A stretch of 55,232 nucleotides of DNA, filler included, from Jimgerdemannia flammicorona (Eukaryota), in assembly GCA_003990765.1 (NCBI GenBank). It is 2 parts of 2 records of this genome, joined end to end, with 100 filler letters (N's around TTAATTAATTAA, not from the genome) between each part and the next. Parts side by side here need not be neighbours in the genome. Positions count along the whole stretch, not along the records: positions 1 to 27,577 come from RBNJ01000620.1; positions 27,678 to 55,232 come from RBNJ01000621.1. One strand, written 5' to 3'. This document shows, one piece after another, positions 24,859 through 38,500 of the stretch; the first letter of the stretch is position 1, and each line of letters begins with the position of its first letter. The translations under genes and the position numbers were made by a program. The notes under the pieces were generated by a model. That model did no database searches. It had not been told where the DNA came from and saw nothing but the letters and a program-made list of their open reading frames with translations.

Positions 24859-26461
24859 GGCGAGGTTTGGTAACGGTGGAGGTGGGGATGTTTTTTTTTT
24901 TTCTGAGGTTCGTCGATGGCCACCAAAAGCATTTTTATACCACCCGCCTTGTCAACTGACTTGCCCGCAGTTTCAAACCAAATCCGGAGTAGCACAGACC
25001 CCCAGAAATGGTAGCTGTCAAAAAAGAAGCTAAACTTGGGTGATCACACACCCACGGCGTACTCTCAAAAGTGCACACACCAACCCCTCGCGCACGTCCG
25101 TAAACATGACTCACTCATTTAGGTCGTATGCAAGGACACAGTGATTGGGTGGCGGTAAAGGGTTCAGCTATTGTTAAAAAAATGGTTAACGGGATGCAGT
25201 TCGCGTGGGACGAAACATGAAACCGGAGATTCCAATTTACGCCCACATTACGACGTTTTGTGTTTGTAGTACAAAAAAATGTGTTTTTGCAGTCCGTTTT
25301 TGAGCGGGATAAAAATAAAAAAAAAAGTCCACTGGGTTTTTAGTTTTTTTAGTTTTTTTTTTTCTTCCTTCTCCTTTCCCCTCATTTACTTGACGTTTAA
25401 TTCTATTCCGCTCCCATTTTAGGTTTAACTATCCGGAAATGTTATTCCGGCACATTATACCCAGACAACGTTGCATCTGTGGTGCACAAGGCAACTGAAT
25501 CTGGGGTATGAGTATATTAATAATGCTGACTTTCCAGAAAATGGGTGACAAGTGCTCAAATGATGTTTATTAAATGACAACTACTTTGCACGAGACAAGT
25601 TACGAGAAGGTGGAAAATCGCATGTCAAAGTGGCGGCGGCCTGAGATAGCATGGGCAGAAGAGTTTCAAAAAATATGATTTTTCACATTACCGATCGTAT
25701 CGTCTTATCGGTGAGCGTTGGGTTGGTTTCACACGAGCACACGAGGATCTCTGTCACTGTCAGCGCTGTGGCGATCTAAGCCGAAAGCGATAAACATCGC
25801 AGTCTTTTTATTTGGGCGCTCTTGGCGTTGAATGCACGTTTGGTGTCAATCATGGAATTTCACATGACTGTTGGAGATTATGCATGTAGACCAACACGCA
25901 TTTCTCGACGCCCATGTGTGGCTTTCCGCCCTTCTCGATAAAACAAACTTTAGGTTGACATGGGATTTTCTTGGTATCACAAAATCCTACATGACCTGAC
26001 TTTACAAGTAGGTAAGTAATCCTATTTGTCCTATTTGTACAACATGCAGTGACTAAGGGGTTGTTACGACCAGTGGAGTTTCATTTTTTTTCTTTTCTTT
26101 CTTTACTGCATTTGCAAACACGAGTGTTTCGGAAAAGTTCCGAAACTAAGAGCCTTACGTCACTTTGGACATTAGGTCATCAGAGTGCGGCTGTGTTCAT
26201 GTCCCGCTGTTCGGTGGGGAAAGACCGAAGACCGAGGAGAGAAAGGGCGGCGGGCGTACTGCGGTTAGTTTGCCTCGTGGGGGTGTGGCTGACATGGTGG
26301 ATGGATGGAAGGAAGGATTGGCGCACGCGATATGACATCAGGCCAAATGGTCACGCGGTCACGCGCCAGGCTGCGCAATGCCAGCGGACAGATGCCCGTG
26401 TGTACGTATTTCCTCTTTCCCTCTTCCCTTCTTTATTGACTCGTTACCCGTGAAAAACGCC

Positions 26462-27440
26462 ATGCCATTCCGCCTCCGCGTTCTCGCAGGACCATCCATC
26501 TCCGATCTTCGTCCCGTCGCAGTCAACAATGATGCTGAGCCCATGACCATCAACACTCCCCACATTATTGGCCGCCTGTGCGTGCGAATCCGCGACTTCA
26601 CCGGGATCCCGAACCCAGGAAGCTCCCGGACGTCGCCTTATTTTCTCCAAAACAATGACCAATATTCCATACAAGTCCAAGCCCGTTTCAAGCGTGTGTG
26701 GTCTGCCGACGATATCGTTTTCGGAAACGAGTTCGAACGCAAGCTCAACCTGCCACCTGGAAGCTCCATCGCGCTGCGATTCGTGCAATGGTTTGATCCA
26801 GGGTTCGAGGCGGACATCTTTAGCGATCGGCCTTGGGCATATAGTCCTTTATTAGTCACCATGAATGCGCTGCGTGTGGACAGAGGAGAGTTGCAGGAAC
26901 ACCCGATCCGCGATACCAACATCGTTCGATCCAGGGAGCTTGGATTGCCTGCATGGCCATCTCTTGATGGTGAACGTGTCGTCGAATCTTGGGAACCATC
27001 TATTCTATCGTTACCGCAGCACGGCGTGCTCAACGATAGCTCCGAACGACGTCGTCACTTCTCGGTACAACCTAACCGCCAGACTTTCGAGATCACCCCG
27101 GAGCATGTTTACGATATGGATTTCTTCAACCCCTATCTCGACTTCAATAATTATGCACTTAGATTGCCGGGCGGCTTTCGTTTTCGCGTTCTTGATTACT
27201 GGGACGGCCAGGTTAGCCAAGCTATCATTTATCGTTCTCGTAAGACGACACTGTTTACAAATTTTTTGATCGGCCGCTTTCACAAATAATGCCCGTAAAT
27301 AGCCTCTTCGCTACGTTGCCAAATCCCGTGACGGATCGGCAGTGTTTTTCGTCGTCGAGTTCCAGCTTATCGATGTGCCAGACACGGACGAACTCCACCA
27401 GGAAGAACAGGAAGTGTTTCGCGGCCGACCAAAAAAATAA
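26462..27440 (+). CDS. DUF1769 (UPF0590-like) domain protein, 2 exons (26462-27211, 27303-27440)
   Basis: Motifs RLRVLAGPS, VRIRDF, SPYF..YSIQ, FGNEFE, DPG..D..SDRPW.YSP, DFFNPYLDF, and spliced YWDGQ|PLRYV. Confidence 0.88.
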
Positions 27441-27577
27441 ATGAGAGGGACGGAAACTTGGACGAGATTGCTTGAGTCCTTGTAAAGCTGCCGCTAGACA
27501 GGGTTACAGCAACGATTAATGCTGCAGTTGTAGACGGGCCTATGGGATGTGGAATTTTTACCTTTTTTTTTTTTTTT

Positions 27578-27677
27578 NNNNNNNNNNNNNNNNNNNNNNN
27601 NNNNNNNNNNNNNNNNNNNNNTTAATTAATTAANNNNNNNNNNNNNNNNNNNNNNNNNNNNNNNNNNNNNNNNNNNN
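27578..27677. other. Assembly gap or contig spacer (44 N + TTAATTAATTAA + 44 N)
   Basis: Exactly 100 nt with an all-frame-stop linker in the middle; not biological sequence. Confidence 0.97.
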
Positions 27678-30159
27678 TACCAAGTGGCCGATGCCCTCAT
27701 GGTATTGGAATGTACTCTTCCCGAATGATTGATGATTGCTTCTCTTGTGTCAACGAACTGGCTCAAAGAAGAACCAACAGAAGAAAGGCTCCTACAACTG
27801 AAATTACCACCATTGGATCAGACAAACTGCTCACCCTTAAGGCTTTTGTCAATGGAGCACCTGTCAAGATTATGATAGACAGTGGTGCCTCAGGCAACTT
27901 CATCAATGAAGAGACAGCCAACAGACTCAAGGTCTTCACCTCCCCAGTACTTCAAGCGGCAAACCCTGCCCTACTATATGAAGTCACCACTGATGCCTCT
28001 GACCTAGCTCTTGGAGCAGTGCTCATGCAAGAAGGACACCCTGTGGTCTATCACTCCTACAAATTCAATGATGCTGAAATCAACTATGCAACTCACGAGA
28101 AGGAAATGCTAGCCATCGTAGACACTCTGATCAAATGGCGACCATATCTAGAAGGAGCACACTTCACTGTATTGACGGACCACAAGTCATTAGTCAACAT
28201 CAAGACACAGGCTACCCTTTCTCGAAAGCAAGCTAGATGGATGAAAGTCCTCACCAACTTTGACTACGAAATCCAGTACCACTCTGGCAAGGAAAATATT
28301 GTTGCCGATGCAATCTCCAGACCACCAATCGAAGAGGTTATCCAAACTCTGACCTTGGTTACCAACACTATTATGGAACAAATCATCACAGCATGTATTG
28401 ATGATAAAGAAGCTCAAGCACTCCAAGAAATCCTAAACAATGATGATACTGACAAATATACCCAGTACAATCAATATCAACTCAAGGATAATGCTATCTA
28501 CTACAAGGACAGATTGTATGTTCCAAACAACTGAGACCTCCGAAGGACTATCCTATTCGAATGTCATGATGCCCCTACAGCTGGACATTTAGGATTTGAC
28601 AAATACTATGAAGTTATCTCCCGAAACTTCTATTGGCCCCGTATGGCAGATCAGCTCAAAACCTACATCACTTCCTGTGATGCCTGCCAACGAAACAAGT
28701 CCTCAATACTAGCAAAACCCGGCTTACTTCACCCTATTCCAGTACCATCTGCAAATTGGGAACAAATCTCTATGGACTTTATTGTACAACTACCCCGAAC
28801 CAAGAACGGGAAAGATGCAATTGTTGTCTTTGTAGACTATCTCAGCAAACAAGCCCACTTTGTGCCTACTACCACTACTGCAACAGCACCAGACATAGCC
28901 ACACTCTTGTTTGATAATATCTTCCGCTATCATGATCTTCCTAAGATCATTGTTAGTGATCGAGATCCAAAATTCACCAGCCACTTTTGGAAAGCCTTCC
29001 ATGCACACCTTGAAACGAAACTTGCACTATCCACAGCCTTTCACCCTGAAACTGATGGCCAAACTGAAAGAATGAACCGAACTCTGGAACAAATGCTAAG
29101 GAACTATGTCTCCTACAGACAAGATGATTGGTATGAACATCTCACCGCAGTCGAGTTTGCCTATAACAACAGCAAGTAAGCCTCTCTTGGAATGACCCCA
29201 TTCTTCGCCAATGCTGGACAAAACCCAACACCCCTTTGACACTTATCCGAACTACTGAAGAACCCTCCACAGTTGAAGCTGTTGAAGAATTCCAACTCCG
29301 AATGCGTAATCTAAGCCAGATCGCAATCGAGAATTTATCACGAGCTCAAGAACAACAGTCACAGTATGTTAACCAACACCACCGAGAAGAAACCTTTGAC
29401 ATTGGAGAAAAAGTTCTACTAGACATCAGAGGATACCGAGTTGACAACCTCAAGCACAGACCATCTACAAAACTGAACAGCAAGTTCATTGGACCATTCG
29501 AAGTCATTGCACAAGTCTCTCCAACCTCCTACAAACTGGCGCTACCAGACACTATTAAGATTCACCCAGTCTTTAATGTTCAATGTCTCAAGTGATATAA
29601 TGACAATGACGACAAGCTATTTCCAAACCGAACCACCAAACCACCTGCACCTGTCATTATTAATGACCAAGAGGAGTATGAAGTTGAACAAATCCTCAAC
29701 AAACATGGCAACAAGAACCATCCCGAGTACCTTGTTAAGTGGAAAGATTACCCGATCCACGATGCAACCTGGGAACCCAAGACCAATCTCCAGAATGCTA
29801 CTGACCTAGTTCAGGAATATGATTCCTTGAACAACTAGAATCAAATACTCTGCACCTATCTATACATACTATATATTACCCTCCTGAACATTATAACTAT
29901 CATGAACCAAGTCAGAACTCAGCAAAATAAGACAAGAATACCGAATCCCTAGAAAAATAGCAAAACTGAAAGCAAGCCTATTCTCCCCATACCACTGGTG
30001 GGAAATGAGGCATAGACACTTAAGAAGATTCCTTAGAGAAAATTCTCCAGCAGTGAATGACATCAGAATCACTTCCGGCATATGGCATTGAACACACGAC
30101 CCTTTAACAACAAATTAGAAGGCCCTGATGAGGATGTCGAAAGCTAAGAAGGGGAGAGT

Positions 30160-31948
30160 TGTAAGCACACAACCTCCAAGCTACCGAAATTACATGTTAC
30201 CCTCTGAACAAGCCACTGAAATCACACGCGACCTCCGAACAAATCTGGAAATCACCTGCTTGATCACGAAGCTGAGTCAAACCAAAGTCACAGTGCACAA
30301 AGCTGAGTCAATACGAAGTCACAGAACACAGGATCTATACAAATGGAATCTTACCAATCAGGACTAAATACATATATATTGAGCACCGAGACGCGTCAAA
30401 TCAGAGAATCAAAACAAACAACAATCACAACTTCCAAACACACAAATATGACCACTGAGATCTACAACTGCATCTGCACTGACATTTGGAATACCATTGT
30501 CAACTGAGCCACACCCCCTCTGCCCCTCATGAATATCCATAGCCTGGCACCCCTCTACTTTGTGGAAGCCCAATGGAATGCCCTGAACATGCTCAGCGAG
30601 ACCCACTGAATCGGACAAATCTCAAGCTACTACCAGATCGGCCGCCTCCTAGAAGACATGGTCGAACACCACCACGATACAGATATTACCCAGATGTCTC
30701 AACACCAGAAGCTCATCGCCTGCAAATATCGAGAACTCTTCTATGAGTACAACACCTTTATTCCCTGCCTCTGAGTTACTATCAGCGGAATGGTTGCTAC
30801 CCTGTCCTATGGTCAAATTGATGACATGATATAAGAACTCAACCACAAGTACCTCGAATACATCCAGACCACAGACAGAACCTTCCTGCACCCTGATGAC
30901 TACATCCTACAAATGCCTCAAGTTGGATACGCCATGAAGGACATCTATGATATAATCCGCTTCGATGAAGACGAAGCAGAAGACAATGATCCCTCTGATA
31001 CCGACATGACCTCTAGCCAAGGATCTCTGCCAACCCTGATCACTCTGCCAACCTTGCCGATAAACTTACAACGGTTCATAACTACATACGAGACTTATTG
31101 GGACAATGACCACTGTCATGAATACCAACCCGTGTTTACCCCCGACTACTTCAACTACAATGAAGAGACCGGAGAACACAACCTATACCTCCAGACAACC
31201 CTCGAGATGGAACCAACCACTCCACCACCCGAGTACGAGCGACATGAACCACAGCCACCAGCATACTATAACCCCGCAACTTATAGTGCTGTAACCTATA
31301 GAAGGTACGCAGACAGTGAATCCAATGAAAGCAAAGACAATACATCCATCCTTCGTCCACCAACACCTTATCCAGCATATGAAACAGATGATGCTATCCT
31401 GTGGGACGGAGATGAAGTCCCAATGTATTACTACCTCAGCCAACAAGGAGAAGTAATCCACGAACCACTCTTCCTAGACGACTACTTCATCAGAGATGAT
31501 GCAATCGATGGTGATGTCATCGAAGACTACCCAGATAGTGTCTAAACCTATAAATAGTCTAGCAGTCATAGTATAGATAGATTAGCCTTGTACGATGTGA
31601 CTGTGAACTGACTCAGCAGTCAGACGATCTCTTGACATATCAGATCACACTTGTACTATGTGACTGTATTCCAACTCAGCAAGGCACTTAGTGCTACATC
31701 CATATTCAGCATAGTCCAGATAGCCCTCACTAGTATAAATACCCCCTCCCCCAGACCTCAGAATCTCAGACTTGAAACAGACTTGAACAATCCGAACACA
31801 ACTCCTGAGCACTTCCCCACAATATCTCTTCATACAACTACTTCTAGTATAGCAATATCATGAATAGCAAATAAACCTATTTAATAACCCACAAACCACT
31901 CTTAAGTAAATCCACTCTCTGTTAGGTCCTACTCCTAACCCCGTCACG
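30160..31948 (+). repeat. Long (~1.8 kb) family-B LTR containing an ORF
   Basis: Starts TGTAAG directly after the PPT; both ends recur in the 10140-12172 region; TATAAA (~31735) and AATAAA (~31870) near its 3' end. Exact end is uncertain. Confidence 0.75.
30448..31545 (+). pseudogene. LTR-internal ORF (~365 codons): conserved helical N-terminal domain and an acidic Pro/Tyr-rich tail
   Basis: ATG 30448 is in frame with ORF 30913-31545; only four stops (3 TGA, 1 TAA), each explicable by C>T. Confidence 0.75.
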
Positions 31949-31957
31949 AAATTTCCT

Positions 31958-32160
31958 AATTGGGTATTGTCTGCAGCGATACGCCAATTCAACTAAGCTG
32001 GTCTTAGTTTCTTGAACTTCCTGAAATACGGAAAATCCTGAACATTCAGAACTAGTCCAAAAAAAGGACTTTGGTTGAGACATCAACCCGATCTTGAAAT
32101 CAATAAGTGTAGAGGACATACTCCATATGAAATTGATCCTGACCATAAGAAAACGGTCTT
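31958..32160 (+). repeat. Fragment of a second LTR family (D)
   Basis: Aligns with the reverse complement of about 48440-48625, the 5' LTR of element 5. Confidence 0.8.
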
Positions 32161-32199
32161 CCAGAACATTCAGAATATCCAGAAAACCTTTCCAGAACT

Positions 32200-34804
32200 A
32201 TGTAATGATTACCCTAAAAAGTAACCCTCTTATAAAGAATGAAGTAGCTGATATACTCTCCTAAAGTACCCAGAAAGATGACCTCATTATAATTAGTAAC
32301 ATTATTATCAGTCTATTTGAAGATGTCATGAAGGAGTATATCAAAGATACAAATGTATAAGAAATCACCAGATAAATCTTTGAAGAAGGCAATAATATTA
32401 TAAAAATAGTCTATAAGAATATATTTGTCCAAAATGGATATATGTATCTTAATAATATAGAAATCTAGGTCCTAGTTATCTCTATCTATTTACAAATCCT
32501 ATAAGAACTATATGATATACCTAGAGTTAGATATATGAGTTTCAATAAGATATATTTATATATTGCTCAAGACTTCTATTAGTCCAAAATGACATCTAAA
32601 ATCAAGAACTACATTATATTCTGCAATATCTGCCAAAGGTATAAGCTCAGCAATTAGGCACTAGCTAGTACCCTACAACTACTACCAATCTCTACTCAGA
32701 ATTGAGTCTATATTGGAATAGACTTTATTGTCTAGTTGCTAAAAACTAGAAAGAAAGAGATGTGATTGTTATTTTCATTAATTATCTCAGCAAGTATACT
32801 TACTTTATTAAAATAATCACTACTGCAACAGTACCAGAAATGATACAACTATTTATTAATAATATATTCTACCTTCATAAACTACTCTCAGCAATTATCT
32901 CAGACCAAGATATAAAGTTTACAAGTAATTTTTAGCAAGTACTCTTCAAGAGCTTAGAAGGGTAATTGAAAATGTCTATAGTATATTATCTGAAAATAGA
33001 TGGCCAGACAGAAAGAACAAATCAAACTCTGAAGCAGATACTTAGTATCTATTATAGCTATAAGTAAAATAATTGGGATGAAAAGCTGACTCTAGCTGAA
33101 TTTACAAATAATAACAGCTCAAGTATAAGTATCAAAATGATATCATTTTACTTAAATTATGGATAATATCCATAAACATCTACAGTCATCATCTGAATTA
33201 TAATACCTGTAGTATAAGGAATCACTGATACCATATAAGGTAATAACTAGTAAGCACAAGATATCCTCATAGAAGTACATAGAATATAAAGATATGTATA
33301 TACTAATAAAAATAAAAAAGAAGTCATCTATAAAATAGGAGAATAAGTATTACTCAGTATTTGGTACCTAACATTGAGTAATATAGGTCTCAAAAAGAAG
33401 CTTAGATCCTACTATATTAGACTATTCAAGATCTTTGAAAAATACAGACCTATTATATATAAGTTGGATCTCCCAGTAATACTAAGAAGAATTCATCCAG
33501 TGTTTCATATATCTCAGCTTCAGCCATATACTTCAAATACCTTTAAAGAAAGAACTATACTATTTTCAGATTTAGTAATTGTTGATCAATAACTAGAATA
33601 TAAAGTTAACTATATTTTAGATTACAAGGATTGCCAATTTAGATGAGCTGCCAAGTCTATCTAATACTATGTATCTCATAAAATGAAAAGAATATCCTGA
33701 ATATAATACCATCTGGAAAATAGAAGATAATTTATTACTAAATACAGAAGAAGCAGTAACTCAATATAGAAATCTGATATAATGAAAATTCTGATAGAAT
33801 TTTCAAAAGACAGTCATATCTCTAAATAATCTTACAAAGAGAAGTATAAATATTCTGAACAATTCTACATAGACCACCCACTCTCCCCCAACATGAGTAC
33901 CCAATAACAATATCTAGAATAAGTTAAAAACAAGATTGCTACCACTGTTTTAAGATCAATTGAATACTAATGAAACTCTACAGACCTACTATCTGTCAAT
34001 ATTCAAAGCTCTGAAGACTTTGATCTAAATAAAGCTCAATAATATCTTGAAAGAATATAATATTTTTGGATTTTTTACTACTAATAAGAACTTAAGAAGT
34101 ACTATAAGATAGAATACCTTATCTATTAACAAGCTATCCTTAGTGCTGCCAAACAACAAGCCTGCCTTTTTATTGATAACCATATCTATATAGTTACTAA
34201 GAGACTCTATATTCATTTCTATATCTGACCTTAAGTCCTCAACCACCTCTATAGAGTATCTTCTGAAAACATTACCAATTTGAGTAATAAATAATAAAGT
34301 AAAATTGTTTTTCAAGTAGTCTAGTATATTGTCCTCTAGTTTAATAAATATCTAGAATTTAGTACTGAGTCTAATGAGTAGGCTTAAGCAAAGTAGAGAA
34401 GAATGTAATGAATTACTATAAGTCTCTGAAATTTCCTATAGAAATTTCTATCTATATATAGACATATCCAGCATATCATATTTAGTCATAGCCTTGAATA
34501 TATATAAATACTCTCTGTTCTGAATATGTTGTAACCTCAGCTCTGCTTTTTCTACATACAAGAATAAAGCAGTATTCTTATTACAAATTCTCAGATCTGA
34601 CTTGTTAATAATTTTGAGCTTAATTAACTTAGAATATAAGCATGGCCATTCCTACCTATTTAAGAATCCAAATGCAATACCTGAACTCTGCCATACTAGA
34701 TAACTTGGAACTCAGTATTTCCTCAAGAACTCAGAACTTAGGGCCAATAGTTACTATTAATTATCTGCAATATATTAATTCTATCAGGATATAGTTTTAT
34801 TACA
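32200..34804 (+). mobile_element. Degenerate 3' half of Gypsy element 4 (end of RNase H, integrase, chromodomain remnant, accessory ORF, 3' LTR 34404-34804)
   Basis: VADILS, CNICQR, IDFIV*LL, SDQDIKFTS, DGQTERTNQ and IHPVFHISQL; purine tract then a TGTAAT...ATTACA LTR. Confidence 0.85.
33893..34381 (+). pseudogene. Accessory ORF after pol of element 4 (heavily eroded)
   Basis: A single frame from ATG 33893 with no frameshift but many TAA/TGA stops; reads ELKKYYKIEYLI...VTKRLYIHF...LNHLYRVSSENITNLS. Confidence 0.6.
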
Positions 34805-35546
34805 ATATTAAAGATTATTGACTTAAAGAGTACAATTACTATAATATTTAATATATACTATTATATTTACATAACAGCAGCAGAATTTGTAAGCCAATCT
34901 GATATAAGAAAAGATAAAAAATTATTAAAAGTCTATAAGCTATTACTGAACATATTCTTTAGGAAGTGACTAGACATCCTGGACCCTTACATGAGAGCTA
35001 GTCTCTTATGTCACTGTCTTATTATGAAACCAATGAAGGGACCCTGTTGTGTTAAGATGTCGATTGTATCTGGCCTGTCTACGCAATCAATTGTTGGGAG
35101 TGATTATTAGCATCGCTGAAAGCTGGGTAAACCAAATCTCAATCGAAAATAGAAGTAAAATTATCAATTGGGCACCAGTATAACAAAGATCTATGTCATA
35201 GTGCCACTCGTCAGCTACAGCGAATTTGTTGATCGGAAAAGCACTATCACATATCATCTAATATACACACCTCTCCAAAGATTTCACTTTTACTGGAAAT
35301 TGTAGTACTGGGAAGAAACGTGTCATATACTCTATATGATTATATTGTAAATTTAAATATATCTAGATTATTACAATCACAACATTAGTTGGCATTCTGA
35401 TAATTGGATTGAAAATCTATTATATTTAATAAATATCACTCCCCTGCTAGCTCTACAATACTACTTCGAAATTGTACAGTTGGAGTACCAGAGCTTATCA
35501 GCAACCACTGCTTCTAGAGTTGCAATATAGGCTTGGGAACACTCTA

Positions 35547-38500
35547 TCAAGGCTTGACCCAAGGGATCTTGTTCTTTACTGTCTCTTGATAACTTTGGAG
35601 CTCATCCGAAGTTGCCTCATAAAAGATGATAGCTGGTAACCAATTTCTATTCATTAGTAGCAAGAAAATAAGAGAATAGGTTATATGGTTAAACTCCCTA
35701 GGATTCAAAAAAGTTCTTGAAATGAAGTCTTCTGGAACTCACCTATTCTGTCGCTGTGATGTGGTAAACATAAACACTTCTACCAATGTAATAAATTCGG
35801 CTCTGTTTAGGACCCATCTCTTATGCGCCTGAGAATGAATGGTATTATACACATTATTCAGGAGTGCAACTGCAAAATAAAGGAAAAAATTAATATGAGG
35901 TAAATATTAATATATCATGAACGAACTTCCCCTACCCCAAAATTTGATAAAATGGCAATCATACTCACTAAATATATTCAGTAGCACAATCGTGCCAATG
36001 AAGGTGAACAGAATCCTCATTATATCCATTGATCGTCCCGCATTCCAGCCGTCAATTGCAACAAAATCGGCGCTTAGAAATTCCCACATTGATTTCAACG
36101 AATTATCAAAGGTCTCAAATGAGTTACCGCTGGCTGGAACTGGTATTTTTGGGCTTGGATTGTGGAGGAGGACCCATAGGGCGTGAGCAAAGGCGAATAT
36201 GATGGCAGTCATTATAGTAATGAGCCAGACAATGCTGTTCAAAATCTCAATCATCACAGTAATAAATAAGCCTAGGCTATGATGTACACAAAACAAAAGT
36301 CAGAGGTTGAACCGTAAAAGTATGAAAGCAAGAGAACGAGAGAAAAATGGGGAAGGGTTAACAACTCACCCTTCGTAGACGCGGAGGTTGAAGACGAGAA
36401 ACACCCATAGCATTAGCACCGTCCATGCTTGAAGGTCGACTGACGGATCATAATCCGGTGAAGTGAGTTTGGTGCTGACAAACACCAGCACCCACGTAGT
36501 ACGGTGAATCCAATGGTAGATGGAAAACCAATAGGACAAGCCAGGCCATTTCATCGTCAGTGGGAAGAGATCGAGAAAAGCCAGAAAGATGACGCTGAGC
36601 ACAAGTAGAGGATACTTCACAAATGGCTCCATGAGATTGTACGGGTCCATCGTAACGGCAATCAGATAGAAAAGTGCATACGAAATATACAGGACGAGAA
36701 GGCAAAGGTAGTATCGCCTTGCAAATGCGTTCCATTTGTATAGGACGACCGCCTGGAATGCTGGCTCGCTTAGCACGGCGCTTTGTCGGAAGACGAGCTT
36801 AGCGAACACGCTGAGCTGAAAATACGGCGTATTCGGATAGTCATTAATGCCGTACAGAGGAGCCATACACAGGCGCACAGGACGAGGTTGTCGCTTCCTT
36901 CCCCACCAAATCAATTGCCATATTCTCCACCATTGCCGCCGCATGTATGTATAAATCGACCCTGGTCCTAGCAACTTGAACTGCCCTACAATTGAGAGCT
37001 GCTCGACTCGGGCGAATACGGTGAAACGGGAGCTTCTCGAGTCGAACTCGGCATCGTCAAACCCCGAAATAAACCGGCTAGGCTGAATATTTGATACATA
37101 TTGCGCAATCCAAGTTGCCAGTAAAGGCTTTGCTCGATCGATGGCCGGCAATGCCGCCAACACAATCGCCACGTAACCAGGTTCCAGTACCGTCACGTCC
37201 ACACCATGTCCAGTCGACATGGACTTCAGGCAATACTTCACAATCTCTTCGACTGCCATGAAATTCCCAGCGTCCAACGCGTCCGTAAGCACACTCTGAT
37301 TCCAAAATTCGTCATCGTAAAAGCGTGGACGACAGGCATTTGCTTCTAACAACGATTGCATCCGTTTGACTGCATCGCTAGGTGGACCTCGTACGATGTG
37401 ACCGAGAGTGGAAGTCTTGCTTTCAAAGTCGATCTCGTTTAACAGGAACCTATCCCTCGGCGATTGCAACGCCTGGTCCAATGCATCTTCATGCTCACGA
37501 GACGGAATGGTCTTTGCAAAGTTCAAGCCTGCAAATTGAAGGTAACGCGCCGCGTGCTTAGGCGAAATAGAAAGCTTTGTGACATCGATGTCGACACACT
37601 CTTCAAGCCGTATCCAATCGCGCACGTACATAAAGACCATTTTCTGAAGGGTAACGCCGTCGTGCGTCTTGACAAGTTTGACACCCTTAATAGTCGCGTC
37701 ATTGGACGGAAGACACCAAGCGAATTCTATCCCGATCCGGTGGTAAGACGCCAAACTAGCGTTTATAATCTGCACGGAATGTCGGCCAACAGCCACGAAC
37801 CGATCGTCGGATATCCAGGAGCATGTGAGAGAGCCGTCATTCCAAGGCTCGGGATTAACAATAACTATATCGATTAGTTATCGCAGGGATCGATAAAAAA
37901 TTGGCAGAAGTCAGCTTTGTATACGTGCGGAGTCCAATCTACAACATGCGAAAACAAATTCGATTCTACCTGGACGCTTTCTGAAACCCGAAATTTGAAC
38001 TTCAGATCCCATTATATCAAGACGTGGTTGTTGTTCTCGGCTATACTGTCCTCCAAACAACAATATAACTGGAGGATTTTCCAGTGGCAAATCTTCGACC
38101 AGAGGAGTTGTACTAGGCGATGTCGACACGCTCCCCACAATCTCCACGACTAAACATGCGACAGTCGCCATGAGTGGTGTTACGACTTTGACGGACGACA
38201 ATCCGGTACTGTTGATGTCGACGTAGGAGTATAGGAATCGATCCGAGAACATATGAATATTGGAGGTTTCTCCCATAACCATCGAGCCGTTCAAAGGGTT
38301 CCAGACGCGAATCATGTATCTCTCATCGCCACCGTCCACCGTCACAAGGCGAGGAGTACCGTCAACCGATACGAACTTGGCGGCGATAACCTTCATCCCG
38401 TTCACGTTCGTACGCTCAGCTTCACATATGGAAATTCCAGTTTGGGCGGTGAAAACCTTCAAGCCATCAAAACTGTAAAATGCGACGAGTTTGTGACGTT

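Larger units (their letters stand above)
27678..31948 (+). mobile_element. Chromovirus-type Gypsy element 3 lacking RT: PR fused to RNaseH-IN-chromodomain, then PPT and a long LTR
   Basis: IDSGASGNF is followed about 35 aa later by TTDASDLALGAVL. Integrase HDAPTAGHLG/CDAC/SMDF/SDRD/ETDGQTE, GPF motif, chromodomain YEVEQIL..YLVKWKDYP..ATWEP (~29670-29830), PPT AAGAAGGGGAGAG (30146-30158). Confidence 0.92.

Noticed and set aside
24407..25033. 208-aa plus-strand ORF
   Set aside because: Starts at a non-ATG codon, is antisense to a better-supported minus-strand ORF, and runs through a poly-T tract with no motifs.
27622..27633. TTAATTAATTAA palindrome
   Set aside because: Artificial linker inside the N gap.
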